From Acidimicrobiia bacterium (GTDB lineage Bacteria > Actinomycetota > Acidimicrobiia > Spongiisociales > Spongiisociaceae), in the NCBI GenBank assembly GCA_041576165.1, contig JBFGLM010000013.1:27893-91892 (forward strand): a stretch of 64,000 nucleotides of DNA, written 5' to 3'. The position numbers were made by a program, and so were the translations under genes. Under the pieces are notes generated by a model, which was given only the letters and a program-made list of their open reading frames with translations, had not been told where the DNA came from and did no database searches. Numbering within the stretch: position 1 is the first letter of the stretch; the number at the start of each line of letters is the position of its first letter. Shown here one piece after another: positions 48,777 to 58,482 of the stretch.

Positions 48777-49523
48777 TCAGCCTGCGGGGCTGTCACCACG
48801 CCCGTGACGACCGGCTCCGGCAGCAAACGTGGCGGCGCCCTCGGCGGCCACATCCATGACTGACAACCCGTGCTCTCGCTCGAGAGCCATGCCCCGGTCG
48901 AGGTTCTGCCCGTCGTAGACGGCCGCCCGATCGCTGCGCACCGTCGGTTGCGGGAAGGATGCGATCGCTCCGGCCAAATCGACCGCAGCATCCAGAGCAG
49001 TGCCCGGTGGCACAACTCGATTGACCAGACCCATCGAGAGTGCCTCGTGGGCGCCGACCGCGCGGCCGGTGAGGATCATGTCGAGGGCCCGGCCCAGCCC
49101 GATCACGACGGGCAAGCGCTGGGTGCCGCCGTCCACCAGCGGCACCCCGAACCGTCGCTCGAAGCAGCCGAATATCGCATCCTCGGATGCCACCCGCAGA
49201 TCGCACCACAGCGCCAGTTCGAGTCCGCCGGCAACGGCATACCCGGAAATCGCCGCGACAGTGGGCTTCGACACCCAGAGTCGGGTGAATCCCAAAAACC
49301 CCTGCGGATCGTCGGTCAAGTCAAAATCCGTCAAGTCGGCGCCCGCGCAGAAGGTGCCTCCGGCGCCGGTCAGGACACCCACCGACGCTGATTCGTCCTC
49401 ATCGAAACGACGCCAGGCGTCGGCCAGCGCCGCTGCCGTAGCCCGGTTGATCGCATTACGCCGGTGGGTACGGTCGACAGTGATGATTGCCACCGGACCA
49501 CGCGACTCGTATTGAACGGCCAT
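48777..49523 (-). CDS. Enoyl-CoA hydratase family
   Basis: FCAGADL, GYAVAGGLELALWCD, RRFGVPLVDGGT. Confidence 0.92.
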   Translation of the reverse strand: MAVQYESRGPVAIITVDRTHRRNAINRATAAALADAWRRFDEDESASVGVLTGAGGTFCAGADLTDFDLTDDPQGFLGFTRLWVSKPTVAAISGYAVAGGLELALWCDLRVASEDAIFGCFERRFGVPLVDGGTQRLPVVIGLGRALDMILTGRAVGAHEALSMGLVNRVVPPGTALDAAVDLAGAIASFPQPTVRSDRAAVYDGQNLDRGMALEREHGLSVMDVAAEGAATFAAGAGRHGRGDSPAG

Positions 49524-49550
49524 AATGTGCTCCTGTCGAGGAGGGTGCGG

Positions 49551-50381
49551 GTGATCTGGGAAACCGCAGTTGGAGATTTCACGCTATACGCGATCGAAGA
49601 CGGCTGGGCGCCTCGCGATCCGCACGTCATGTTCGAGGACTCCGACCCGGCGGTGTGGGACGCCAACCCGCAATTCCTGGACAACGGCGTCCTGCGAGTG
49701 AGCTTCGGGTGCTTTCTGCTCCACGCCGGCGACGACCTCACGCTGATCGACACGGGCCTCGGGCCGCAAGACGACTTGCCCGAGGGGGCTAACTCGGGAT
49801 TGCTGATGAAGGCGCTCGACCACCTCGGCATCGGGCCGGGCGATGTCTCCAAGGTGGTGCACACGCACCTGCACCCCGACCACATGGGCGGCGATGTCAG
49901 CGATTCTGCCCCGGCGTTTCCCAACGCTTCGTACTGGACCCATCAGAAAGAACTGGACTTCTGGCGCAGCGGGGAACATCCGGCCTCCGAGGCCGTGATG
50001 GCCGACGCGAACGTGATTCACGATGCCGGGCAGCTGTCGCTGATAACTGCGGATCATCAGGTGGCGCACGGTCTCACGATGATCGAGAGCTTCGGCCACA
50101 CTCCGGGGCACACTTCGATACTGATCGCATCCCAGAGCCAGCGGGCATACATCGCCGGAGACATAACCCACCATCCGCTCCAGGCCATCCACAACTGGAA
50201 TGTCGTCTACGACGTCGACAAGGCGGCGGCTGCCAGCACGCGAGCCAAGGTCTTCGACCAGTTGGCCGACTCTGGTGTGCTCATTGCGGCCGGGCATTAC
50301 CCCCGTCCAGGCGTCGGCCGGATCGTCACGGATGAGGGCTTCCGGGTGTTCACCCCGGCTCCCGCTCGCAGAATCGTCTGA
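49551..50381 (+). CDS. MBL-fold metallo-hydrolase
   Basis: GAGGAGG RBS; LIDTG, THLHPDH, GHTPGH, AGD, AGH. Confidence 0.9.
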   Translation: MIWETAVGDFTLYAIEDGWAPRDPHVMFEDSDPAVWDANPQFLDNGVLRVSFGCFLLHAGDDLTLIDTGLGPQDDLPEGANSGLLMKALDHLGIGPGDVSKVVHTHLHPDHMGGDVSDSAPAFPNASYWTHQKELDFWRSGEHPASEAVMADANVIHDAGQLSLITADHQVAHGLTMIESFGHTPGHTSILIASQSQRAYIAGDITHHPLQAIHNWNVVYDVDKAAAASTRAKVFDQLADSGVLIAAGHYPRPGVGRIVTDEGFRVFTPAPARRIV

Positions 50382-50416
50382 TACCGGCGGCAGGCTCCGA
50401 CGCCGCGGACGAGCAA

Positions 50417-50438
50417 ATGCCCCGGTCCCCCGGGGCAT
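50417..50438. terminator. Hairpin between convergent genes
   Basis: ATGCCCCGG-TCCC-CCGGGGCAT. Confidence 0.55.
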
Positions 50439-50455
50439 CCGTCGCAACCGAAGAG

Positions 50456-50548
50456 CTACTTCTTCCGCTTGTGGCGGTTGGCCTTCAACCGCTTGCGGTA
50501 TTTGTGTTTGCTCATCTTCTTGCGGCGCTTCTTGACCAATGAACCCAT
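50456..50548 (-). CDS. AURKAIP1/COX24-domain small ribosomal protein (bS22-like)
   Basis: MGSLVKKRRKKMSKHKYRKRLKANRHKRKK. Confidence 0.93.
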   Translation of the reverse strand: MGSLVKKRRKKMSKHKYRKRLKANRHKRKK

Positions 50549-50718
50549 CAAAAACCTTTGAGATTCGGTGAGGGTTGGGAGTTTGGCCCGCAACCCCGGG
50601 TTGTGCAAGCCGGCCACGCCGCATGAGACCTGCTCCGGGACGCGCCTGGCGGGAGAAGTGTATCGCAACGCAGCCAATAGCCCACCTCGGCCCTCCCGCA
50701 TGCAAAGGCGCCGGGCGG

Positions 50719-51567
50719 TCAGCAGACTCCATCACGAGCCGGCGACGGCCGCAGCACTCTCCCGGCCCCAGCCAGCGCCAGCTCGAGCGCCATCACCACG
50801 TCATCGGTTCGTTCACGGGGAGCGAACGCCAGCACCGAAGGCCCGGCACCGCTCCAGCAGGCGTGGACGGCACCGCCGTCGAGCGCCGCCCGCACGTAGG
50901 CACTAACCCGTGGATCCCACTCGCTGCGTGGCGCCTCATGCAGCTCGTCACCCCCCGCTGCCCGGAGGACGTCCGGGTCGCCGCGTTGTAGACCTTCGAC
51001 CAGAGCGACGAGCCGTGCCAGGCTCCGCACTGCTGCCAGACGTGAGATCTGATCGGGCAGTACGGCTCGGGCCGCCCGGGTCGAGAGCTCGAAGGCCGGC
51101 ACCGCCACGACCGGCGTCCAGTTGGCATGGAGATGAAGTGGGATCACCGCATCGCCCGCCACCGCCACCAGCCCGCCGTATACCGCAGCGGCCGCGTTGT
51201 CGGGATGACCCTCTAGCTCGGAGACGATCGGGAAGACATCTGCGGGCCGCGGATCCTCCCCGAGCGCACGCAGGGTCGCCATCGCAGCGGCGGCATAGGC
51301 CGCCGACGACGAGCCGAGGCCTCTACCCAAAGGTATGTCGCTGTGGACTTCGATCTTCATCGGTGTCGGAGACACCTTCTGCGCGGTGGTCAGCACCGCG
51401 TCATCGGCCGGGTCGGCGGACAGCAGCCGCTCAGGTCCAACATGCTCCACCGACCATGCGGCCGCCGGTTCACAGACCACCCGGCAGCGGATCTCTAGCG
51501 CCAACGCCACGGTGTCAAATCCCGGTCCGAGATTGGCGGAAGAGGCTGGTGCCGAAGCCTCAGCCAT
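50719..51567 (-). CDS. thrB: Homoserine kinase
   Basis: PASSANLGPGFD, IPLGRGLGSS, EGHPDN, SGAGPS. Confidence 0.95.
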   Translation of the reverse strand: MAEASAPASSANLGPGFDTVALALEIRCRVVCEPAAAWSVEHVGPERLLSADPADDAVLTTAQKVSPTPMKIEVHSDIPLGRGLGSSSAAYAAAAMATLRALGEDPRPADVFPIVSELEGHPDNAAAAVYGGLVAVAGDAVIPLHLHANWTPVVAVPAFELSTRAARAVLPDQISRLAAVRSLARLVALVEGLQRGDPDVLRAAGGDELHEAPRSEWDPRVSAYVRAALDGGAVHACWSGAGPSVLAFAPRERTDDVVMALELALAGAGRVLRPSPARDGVC

Positions 51568-52471
51568 GAATCGACTCCAGTTCGACGAAGATGTTGCGGG
51601 CCGAAGGCAGAACCTCGCGGATCGAGGCCTCGATCTCGTCGATCGTTTCCTCGACCGTGCCGGCGTCGATGTCGTCCACCAGATCGACGTCGATGTTGAC
51701 CAGGATCTCCGAGGGTCCCATGTGCATCGTCAGCAGCCGGCCGACGGCTGTCACGTTCTCGTGGGATAACACCAAGGACCGGATCTGGGCTCGGTCGCGG
51801 CGACTGGCGGCCTCACCAACCAGCAAGGCCTTGGTCTCGAAGGCCAGGATGAACGCAATCGCGGCCAGCAGGATGCCGATGGCAACAGATGCGACGCCGT
51901 CCCACACCGTATTGCCGGTGATCGCGGCCAGCCCGACACCGACAAGAGCAAGGAACAAACCGGCCATGGCCGCCGAATCCTCGAGTAGCACGACCAGCAG
52001 AGCGGTGTCCTTGGTGTCGCGGATACTGCGCCAAGTCGATCGGGAGCCGCGGACCCTGTTGAATTCTCGCACCGCCACCATCAACGTGAAGCCTTCGATC
52101 ACGATGGCGGCCATCAGGACGATGATCGAAGCCGCCACGCTTTCCAGCTCGTGAGGATGCCGGATCGCCTCGATGCCGTGTTCGATCGACAGCACAGCCC
52201 CGCCGACGAACAGGATGACTGCCACCATGAACGACCAGAAGTAGACCTCTTTGCCGCGACCGAAGGGATGATCGGCATCAGCGTCCTTTTTGGAGGCATT
52301 GATGCCCCACAGGAGCATCACCTGATTACCGACGTCGGCAGTCGAGTGAACCCCTTCGGAGAACATCGCCGCAGAGCCTGTGATCGCAGCTGCCGCGAAC
52401 TTGGCGATCGCGACCGCACCGTTACCAATGATCGCCGCGATGACGGCGACTCTTGAACCTTCGGTTGCCAT
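51560..52471 (-). CDS. Cation diffusion facilitator transporter
   Basis: SEGVHSTAD, HPFG, LLED; C-terminal dimerisation domain. Confidence 0.9.
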   Translation of the reverse strand: MATEGSRVAVIAAIIGNGAVAIAKFAAAAITGSAAMFSEGVHSTADVGNQVMLLWGINASKKDADADHPFGRGKEVYFWSFMVAVILFVGGAVLSIEHGIEAIRHPHELESVAASIIVLMAAIVIEGFTLMVAVREFNRVRGSRSTWRSIRDTKDTALLVVLLEDSAAMAGLFLALVGVGLAAITGNTVWDGVASVAIGILLAAIAFILAFETKALLVGEAASRRDRAQIRSLVLSHENVTAVGRLLTMHMGPSEILVNIDVDLVDDIDAGTVEETIDEIEASIREVLPSARNIFVELESIHG

Positions 52472-52544
52472 TTCGTCGGCGAGTTTACGGCCTCGCCTGC
52501 GGCAGTCCCATCCGGCAAAACGCCGCCGGCCCGCGCCGGCCCGC

Positions 52545-53318
52545 CTACACCTCCAGCCAGCGAACCTCGTCCCGGACCACGTTCCCTCCGATCGCGGCAG
52601 CCTCGCCCGCCCAACGCAGCTGGATCTGAGAAGGAAAACCGACCTCTTCTCCCTGGAGAAGTGTGAGCTCTCCGTGGTCCATACCCCGCGCCGTGAGCGA
52701 CGCGGCCAGAGCCACTGCCGCCGACCCGGTCGCCGGGTCCTCAGGAACGCCGTGGCCGGGCGCGAAGAATCTGGTGTGAACGGTCTCGTCGTCGAGCCAC
52801 GCATACACGGAGATCATTTCGTCCTTCGGCACGACAGCGGCCCGGACCGCGTCACTGTCGGCCAGCTCGATCACGTGGTACGGGAGTGGCATCTCCACTC
52901 GTGCGACCGACAGCGGTGTCGGCCCGGGGTCATAACCTGGTAGCTCAACATCGGTTGCGACCGGCTGGGTGAGCGCCGTCTCGACCCATGCCTGGTCGCC
53001 TTCCATCCGCGCTCGCACCCGCCCGATGCCGCACTCGATCTCATCTGGCCCACCAGGGCCCAACGCATTGAGAACCCACGTCATACCAACGAGTGGGTGA
53101 CCGGCGAAGGGCAGCTCGGACGCGGGTGTGAAGATGCGCACCTTCGGAATCTCCGCCTCCCGCCAGTCGAGGTAGATGGTTTCGGAAAAGCCCAGCTCGG
53201 TAGCTATGGCTTGCATCGTCTGGTCGCTGAGACCCGAACGATCGGTCACGACACCCAGGTGGTTGCCCCCTTCACCGCCCCGGGTGAAAACCCGCAGAAC
53301 ATAACAATGACGCGGCAT
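52545..53318 (-). CDS. PhzF-family epimerase/isomerase
   Basis: GGN, FSET, ELPFAGHP, EDPATGSA. Confidence 0.9.
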   Translation of the reverse strand: MPRHCYVLRVFTRGGEGGNHLGVVTDRSGLSDQTMQAIATELGFSETIYLDWREAEIPKVRIFTPASELPFAGHPLVGMTWVLNALGPGGPDEIECGIGRVRARMEGDQAWVETALTQPVATDVELPGYDPGPTPLSVARVEMPLPYHVIELADSDAVRAAVVPKDEMISVYAWLDDETVHTRFFAPGHGVPEDPATGSAAVALAASLTARGMDHGELTLLQGEEVGFPSQIQLRWAGEAAAIGGNVVRDEVRWLEV

Positions 53319-53403
53319 CAGGTGACCCTCTCAACGTCCCCGGCCATACCTCCGGACGACTTGCCAATCATCACCGCAGCCTAGATCGCCGGCACCGGGA
53401 GGA

Positions 53404-54399
53404 TCAGAGATCGAAAAGCCGGCCGAGTGTTCTGAGGACGTTCGAGATGGCGCCGATGCTGGTCGTTTCGTGATTCGAGTGATAGTCAGTCGTCGGAAGC
53501 TGGAGTGTCGCCCCGTTGAGTCGGCCTTCGGTGGCTGCACTGAGCCGGCCGAGCTCCGTCCGCCCCAGCGGCCGACCTTCCCCGGCCAGCAGCGCGTCCT
53601 TCCAAATGATCGGGGCACCCGCTCGGGCGGCCGCGCCTGCGATCCTCTCCACAAAGCCGGCATCGAACGCTCCACCCGCGTCGGCTCGGCGCAACACCAC
53701 CCGACCGCTCCCGCACGGCTCGGGGTCGTCGAAGGGGCTGGTGTCGAGGACCAGCAGCTCGCCGAGTTCCCGATCTCCGAAATAGTCGGCCAGGCCGCGC
53801 CAGGACCGACCGGCCTCTTCGCCCACCGTGAACAGGACGGTTCCCCCGAAGCCGGCTGCCAGAAGCTCGAACGCAATCGCCACGGACGCGACATTGTCGA
53901 GCTGCCCGCTCACCAATGAATCGGCGATGCGGGCCCCACCGGCAAACGCAACCGGGAGACCCGGCTCGAGCTCTGCGAGGCCCGGTGCCTCGATGCTGAT
54001 GTCGGGGCCGACGCCGCAATGGGATCCATGGTCTACTCCGCCCTCGGCCAGCCGCTCGCCGGTTCCGGGGTCATAGGCGTAGACCGCCTCGCCGACGAAT
54101 CGGTCACACACCCGCCGGCCGAGGGACCGGGACAGGGGCCGGTGGGCGCCGGCTTCATGCTTGGCGGCGTAGCCCAACACTCCATGGCCCTTCGTGACCA
54201 AACCGTGGCGGTCGCTGTGGGTGCTGATCCATCCGCCATCGGTTCCCGGAGATACCACCATCCCGGCGACTCGTCTCGACCGGCGACCCGACGCGGCGAG
54301 TTCCCCGGCGATCGTCGCCAGCAGAGGCTCCTCGAACCCGACGACCGCCGGAACGTGAAGCCACCGATCGATGCGGTCGACCACACGCTCCGGCTCCAT
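53404..54399 (-). CDS. M28/M42-like metallopeptidase
   Basis: HSD, QLDN, GEE, LD, YH metal-ligand pattern. Confidence 0.7.
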   Translation of the reverse strand: MEPERVVDRIDRWLHVPAVVGFEEPLLATIAGELAASGRRSRRVAGMVVSPGTDGGWISTHSDRHGLVTKGHGVLGYAAKHEAGAHRPLSRSLGRRVCDRFVGEAVYAYDPGTGERLAEGGVDHGSHCGVGPDISIEAPGLAELEPGLPVAFAGGARIADSLVSGQLDNVASVAIAFELLAAGFGGTVLFTVGEEAGRSWRGLADYFGDRELGELLVLDTSPFDDPEPCGSGRVVLRRADAGGAFDAGFVERIAGAAARAGAPIIWKDALLAGEGRPLGRTELGRLSAATEGRLNGATLQLPTTDYHSNHETTSIGAISNVLRTLGRLFDL

Positions 54400-54435
54400 G
54401 GGGCGATTCTTCCACACCCCGGACAGCCGGCCGCC

Positions 54436-56073
54436 TCAGAACCCCGGGTCGATCTTCCACCGGCCGAGTTCGCTGCCGTCCGCCGCGTACGCCACCATCT
54501 CGGTGGGCCGCAACACGTCCCTACCCCACGAGAAGAGACCATGCCCGGTGTTGGGACGCTGCCAGTAATCGCCGTCGCGGGTGACAAACTGCACCACCGA
54601 GGTCTCGGGGGGCACGCTGTAGCTGATCGTGGTTTGCCCACCCTCGCTGCCGGAACCCGTTGCCCCGTAGCTGGTCCCCGCAACGGGACCGCCACAGCCA
54701 CTGCCCGAGCCGGTTGGCCACACGACCGCTTCGCACACATCGTCGGGTTCGGTGAACCAGATGAGATAACTGGTCTGGCTCAGATTGCCGGGCGGATCGA
54801 GGGTGCCAACGGCCACGATCGGTCGGTCCGCGGTGGCGATCGCCGGCTCAACCGCGAACGACTCCTCGCCGGACGCCAGCATCGTGTCGAGTGCCACGTC
54901 CATCGACTCCAGCGCAACCAGCGGAGCCTCCTGGCCCAGCGTGGACGGATCGAACGCGGGCTCGGGACCGGGCGGTGCCTGGACGACGCGGGGCACATCC
55001 GACAGCACAGCTCCCTGGTTCATGGCCTCCACGAAGCGATCGATGTAGCGCTGCTCGGACTTCGCCGAGAGCGTCAACCCAAGCACTCCGGGATCCTCGC
55101 TGACGAGGGCCGCGACGGTACCGTCCTCTAGACCATCCTTCACCGTGAAGGTGACGATGCCTACTGTGGACTCCAGCGCAGGGGGGCCCGGCTCGCCGGC
55201 TGTGTAGGCAAGGCGGGGAGCGAGCAGATCCGTGCCGAGTGCGACCCTCACGTCGCGGCCCACTTCGCTGATGACATCAGGTATCACGTACGCGAACTCG
55301 TCATGCGGCACGAAGGCCTGGTGGGTCCAAGAGACTGACCACGCAGCCACCTCGAGCTCCGCAAACGACGCCATCCGGACTCCTTGCGCCACCGAGAGGA
55401 CCTCATCCCGGGTCATGCCGACTGCGCTGACTTCAAACATCCCACCGGCGCCGTCGTGCACGAGGAGCGACCAGTGGGTTATTTGGCCCCCACCCTGTGT
55501 GAGGCTGGATTCGCGCAACAGAGCCGGCCAGGAGCCGATTCGCAATTCCTCGACATCCTGCAGGGCGCGGGCGCCCTCCATCACCCGTTCAGCTCCGACT
55601 CGCCCGTCTTGGGGGCCTGCGTCGGCCTGTCGGTTGAGAAGTCGCGGCAGGCTGGTGACTCTGAAGCCGCCGTCGCCCGGGCGCCAGGGCACTTCTCCTG
55701 TGTCACGGACGTAGGTCACCGTCCCGCCCTGCCGGATGTGGGCACTGGCTTCGAACAACACGTACTCGTCCGGCGCGGTGTCGGCGACGAAGAAGCCGGT
55801 TGATTCAACCCTGGGACCGACCGTCGTGGTCGATGCCTCCTCGGTCCCCGGCGCGGCGGGTTCCACTTCGGCGGGTCCGGTCAGCCGGTTCAGGACCAGT
55901 ACGCTGCCGATGCCGACAACGAGGATCGCCAGGGCGGTGGCGACGGCGACCACCCAGCGGCGCCTGGCCCGGGCCGGAACCATTTGTCGAACTGGCGATG
56001 GCGGTGCCTCGGGCGTTTCAGCCACCATGGAGGCCAGCGCCTCGCGAATCTGATCGTCGAGAAGGTCACTCAT
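54436..56073 (-). CDS. Putative anti-sigma/sensor: short cytoplasmic N-terminus, one TM, large extracellular domain
   Basis: Start overlaps the ECF sigma stop; LDDQIREAL, RRRW then TM. Confidence 0.7.
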   Translation of the reverse strand: MSDLLDDQIREALASMVAETPEAPPSPVRQMVPARARRRWVVAVATALAILVVGIGSVLVLNRLTGPAEVEPAAPGTEEASTTTVGPRVESTGFFVADTAPDEYVLFEASAHIRQGGTVTYVRDTGEVPWRPGDGGFRVTSLPRLLNRQADAGPQDGRVGAERVMEGARALQDVEELRIGSWPALLRESSLTQGGGQITHWSLLVHDGAGGMFEVSAVGMTRDEVLSVAQGVRMASFAELEVAAWSVSWTHQAFVPHDEFAYVIPDVISEVGRDVRVALGTDLLAPRLAYTAGEPGPPALESTVGIVTFTVKDGLEDGTVAALVSEDPGVLGLTLSAKSEQRYIDRFVEAMNQGAVLSDVPRVVQAPPGPEPAFDPSTLGQEAPLVALESMDVALDTMLASGEESFAVEPAIATADRPIVAVGTLDPPGNLSQTSYLIWFTEPDDVCEAVVWPTGSGSGCGGPVAGTSYGATGSGSEGGQTTISYSVPPETSVVQFVTRDGDYWQRPNTGHGLFSWGRDVLRPTEMVAYAADGSELGRWKIDPGF

Positions 56074-56557
56074 TGATGCGCCTCCGGAGCTGTGTGCGGG
56101 CCCGGCCCAGGTGCTTGCGCACTGAGCCGATGGAGATACCCAGACGCGCGGCAACTTCTTCCGGCGCCAGGTCATCCCAATACGTCAGATAGACCACGGC
56201 CCGCTGTTGCGGGCTGAGCGATTCGATCGCGGCGCGTACGTCCGGACGCGGTTCCGGATCCGTCACCAGGACCGGACCGGCGATCAGCTGCTCCCGGCGG
56301 CGGCGGCGGGCGGCGCTGCGGCGCCAGTTCCTCGCCGTGTTCATGACGGCTCGATATAGATAGGCTCTCGGGTTGGCGACGGACGGCCACTGTCGCGACT
56401 CGAAAGCACGAAGCACGGCCGTCGTGACCACGTCGGGCGCGTCGTCAGGACCCACCATGACGGTGGCGAACCGGGTGAGCTCGTCCGCGTGTCGGGCGTA
56501 GATCAGCTCATTGCTGCGTTGGGTTGTTGGCATCTCAATCCCAGCAAGTCTGTTCAT
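56066..56557 (-). CDS. ECF RNA polymerase sigma factor (SigE-like)
   Basis: Region 2 AYLYRAVMN; region 4 LSPQQRAVVYLTY..GSVRKHLGRA. Confidence 0.9.
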   Translation of the reverse strand: MNRLAGIEMPTTQRSNELIYARHADELTRFATVMVGPDDAPDVVTTAVLRAFESRQWPSVANPRAYLYRAVMNTARNWRRSAARRRRREQLIAGPVLVTDPEPRPDVRAAIESLSPQQRAVVYLTYWDDLAPEEVAARLGISIGSVRKHLGRARTQLRRRINE

Positions 56558-56647
56558 ATCACCCGTGAGACACCGCCAAACCCCAGATCGGCTGACATTG
56601 ATCTTGGATATTTCTCACCGGTTGGATGTCGGGTACGGTTCCAGGTT

Positions 56648-56872
56648 ATGGGGGACTTCCTCGACATCAACTCGCTCCTCGCCCAGCTCATCACCGCCAT
56701 CGGCTTCGCTCTCGTGCTGGGAAACGGGCTGGCGATCGCCCGGGCCCGGCACGGGCACATGCCGTGGGGCGTCGAAGGGGAGTTTCGACCACGCCGGGCA
56801 TGGTTCCTGCTGTCGGTTGGGATCGTGATCGGATTCTGGGGCCTCGCCAGCCTCCTGACCGGCAATGGTTGA
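56648..56872 (+). CDS. Small two-TM membrane protein
   Basis: 74 aa, two hydrophobic helices; TACGGT hexamer before ATG. Confidence 0.65.
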   Translation: MGDFLDINSLLAQLITAIGFALVLGNGLAIARARHGHMPWGVEGEFRPRRAWFLLSVGIVIGFWGLASLLTGNG

Positions 56873-56922
56873 GGGCCGGGACCTGACCGGCGCCGCGGCG
56901 CAGCGACTACGATGGGCGCCCC

Positions 56923-56993
56923 GCGGATGTAGTTCAATGGTAGAACGCGAGCTTCCCAAGCTTGAGATGGGGGTTCGATTCCCCTCATCCGCT
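56923..56993 (+). tRNA. tRNA-Gly (anticodon CCC); CCA not encoded
   Basis: GCGGATG/CATCCGC acceptor stem, TGG D-loop, TTCCCAA anticodon loop, GGTTCGATTCC T-arm. Confidence 0.95.
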
Positions 56994-57032
56994 CGCTCCG
57001 TCGAGGTTTCCGGCCGCCGGTAATGTGTGGCC

Positions 57033-57719
57033 ATGCTCCTCACAGTCATCATCGACTCGGCGCCTGATCGGGGGAGTCACGTCGCCACCGTCACCGCCCT
57101 CGAGGACGCGATCGCTCATGCGGGGGTTGACGGTGGTGTCCGCGTCGTACGCACCCCCGAAATCGACGCCGACTTTTTAGCGGACCCCGGCCACGGGATG
57201 CTCATCGGTCCCGGCTCGCCCTACGACGATCCGACGGCTGTGGAGGCCGCCATCCGCGTGGCACGGGAGCGTGGCGTCCCGCTCGTCGGGACTTGAGGTG
57301 GGTTCCAACATGTTCTGGTAGAGCATGCTCGCAACCTCGTTGGAATCACCGACGCCCGTCATGACGAATACGGAGATGCGCCCGGAACACCGGTCATCTC
57401 GATGCTGGAGTGTTCGCTGGACGGCGCCCAGATCATGGTCGACCTCGTTCCCGGCACGATCCTGCACGGGCTGTACGGCCGCGACGCTCAGGTAGAGCAG
57501 ACCACCTGTAACTACGGGCTCGTCCCGGAACTTGGGACGATCGCCTCGAGCGCCGGTATGACCGTGTCAGGGATCGACGGTACCGGCGAGGTCCGCGCGG
57601 TAGAACGCCCGGGCCACCCTTTTTTCATCGCAACGCTGTACCAGCCGCAGCTCAGGTCAACCCCGGAGGCGCCGCATCCGGTCCTCACGGGGCTGGTGCA
57701 AGCGGCCGTCCAGTCGTAA
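57033..57719 (+). CDS. CTP-synthase glutaminase-domain-related selenoprotein (228 aa with UGA read as Sec)
   Basis: PGSPY...PLVGT-TGA-GGFQH; ORFs 57027..57296 and 57402..57719 share a frame with no other stop; CNYG, HPFFIATLYQPQ. Confidence 0.82.
57309..57327 (+). promoter_or_regulatory. Bacterial SECIS-like hairpin
   Basis: CAUGUUCU-GGU-AGAGCAUG; G-starting loop begins 20 nt after the UGA. Confidence 0.6.
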
Positions 57720-57791
57720 AAAGCCACAGCCTCGCGAGGGCATCCATCCGGCGTTACCATCGCCGGCGCAGGAGCGTCTAGGAGGAGCCGG

Positions 57792-58358
57792 GTGATCTTC
57801 TCTGATCGAAGCATCAAAGAGGCCATCGCGGCCGGCCACATCGAAATCGATCCGTACGACGAGTCGTTCGTGCAGCCTTCGTCGATCGATTTGCGGGTGG
57901 ACCGATTCTTCCGGGTATTCGAGAATCACAAATACCCGCACATCGACCCGAAGACTCATCAACCAGACTTGACCACTGAGATCAAAGTGCCGAACCGTGA
58001 CCCGTTCATCCTGCATCCGGGTGAGTTCGTTCTCGGATCCACCTTCGAGCGTGTCAGGCTCGGCAACGACATCGTCGCCAGGCTCGAGGGAAAGTCCAGC
58101 CTGGGGCGCCTCGGCTTGTTGATTCACTCCACGGCCGGCTTCGTCGACCCGGGCTTCGACGGCTACCTGACACTCGAGCTGTCCAACGTCGCCAACCTTC
58201 CCATTGCGATCTATCCGGAGATGAAGATCGGCCAGATCAGCTTCTACCAGCTCTCCACGGAGGCTGAATTTCCGTACGGCTCACGCGAGACCGGCTCGAA
58301 ATATCAGGGCCAGCGAGGCCCCACCGCCAGCCGGGTGCATCAGGACTTCACCGGCTGA
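57792..58358 (+). CDS. dcd: dCTP deaminase
   Basis: AGGAGGAG RBS; [32 protein letters not shown]. Confidence 0.96.
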   Translation: MIFSDRSIKEAIAAGHIEIDPYDESFVQPSSIDLRVDRFFRVFENHKYPHIDPKTHQPDLTTEIKVPNRDPFILHPGEFVLGSTFERVRLGNDIVARLEGKSSLGRLGLLIHSTAGFVDPGFDGYLTLELSNVANLPIAIYPEMKIGQISFYQLSTEAEFPYGSRETGSKYQGQRGPTASRVHQDFTG

Positions 58359-58482
58359 TCCACGCCGAGCCCGGTCCGGCGCGAGACGAACAAGACACAC
58401 ACCCTCCGCAGTCTTCTCCACGCGAGCGGAAGGTCCACCACCCCGTCGCGCGGCGAGAAAACGCCCGAGACGCCGGCGGGCA

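Noticed and set aside
56923-56993. tRNA-Gly as an integration site for a genomic island
   Set aside because: No integrase and no duplicated tRNA 3' end seen in the window.
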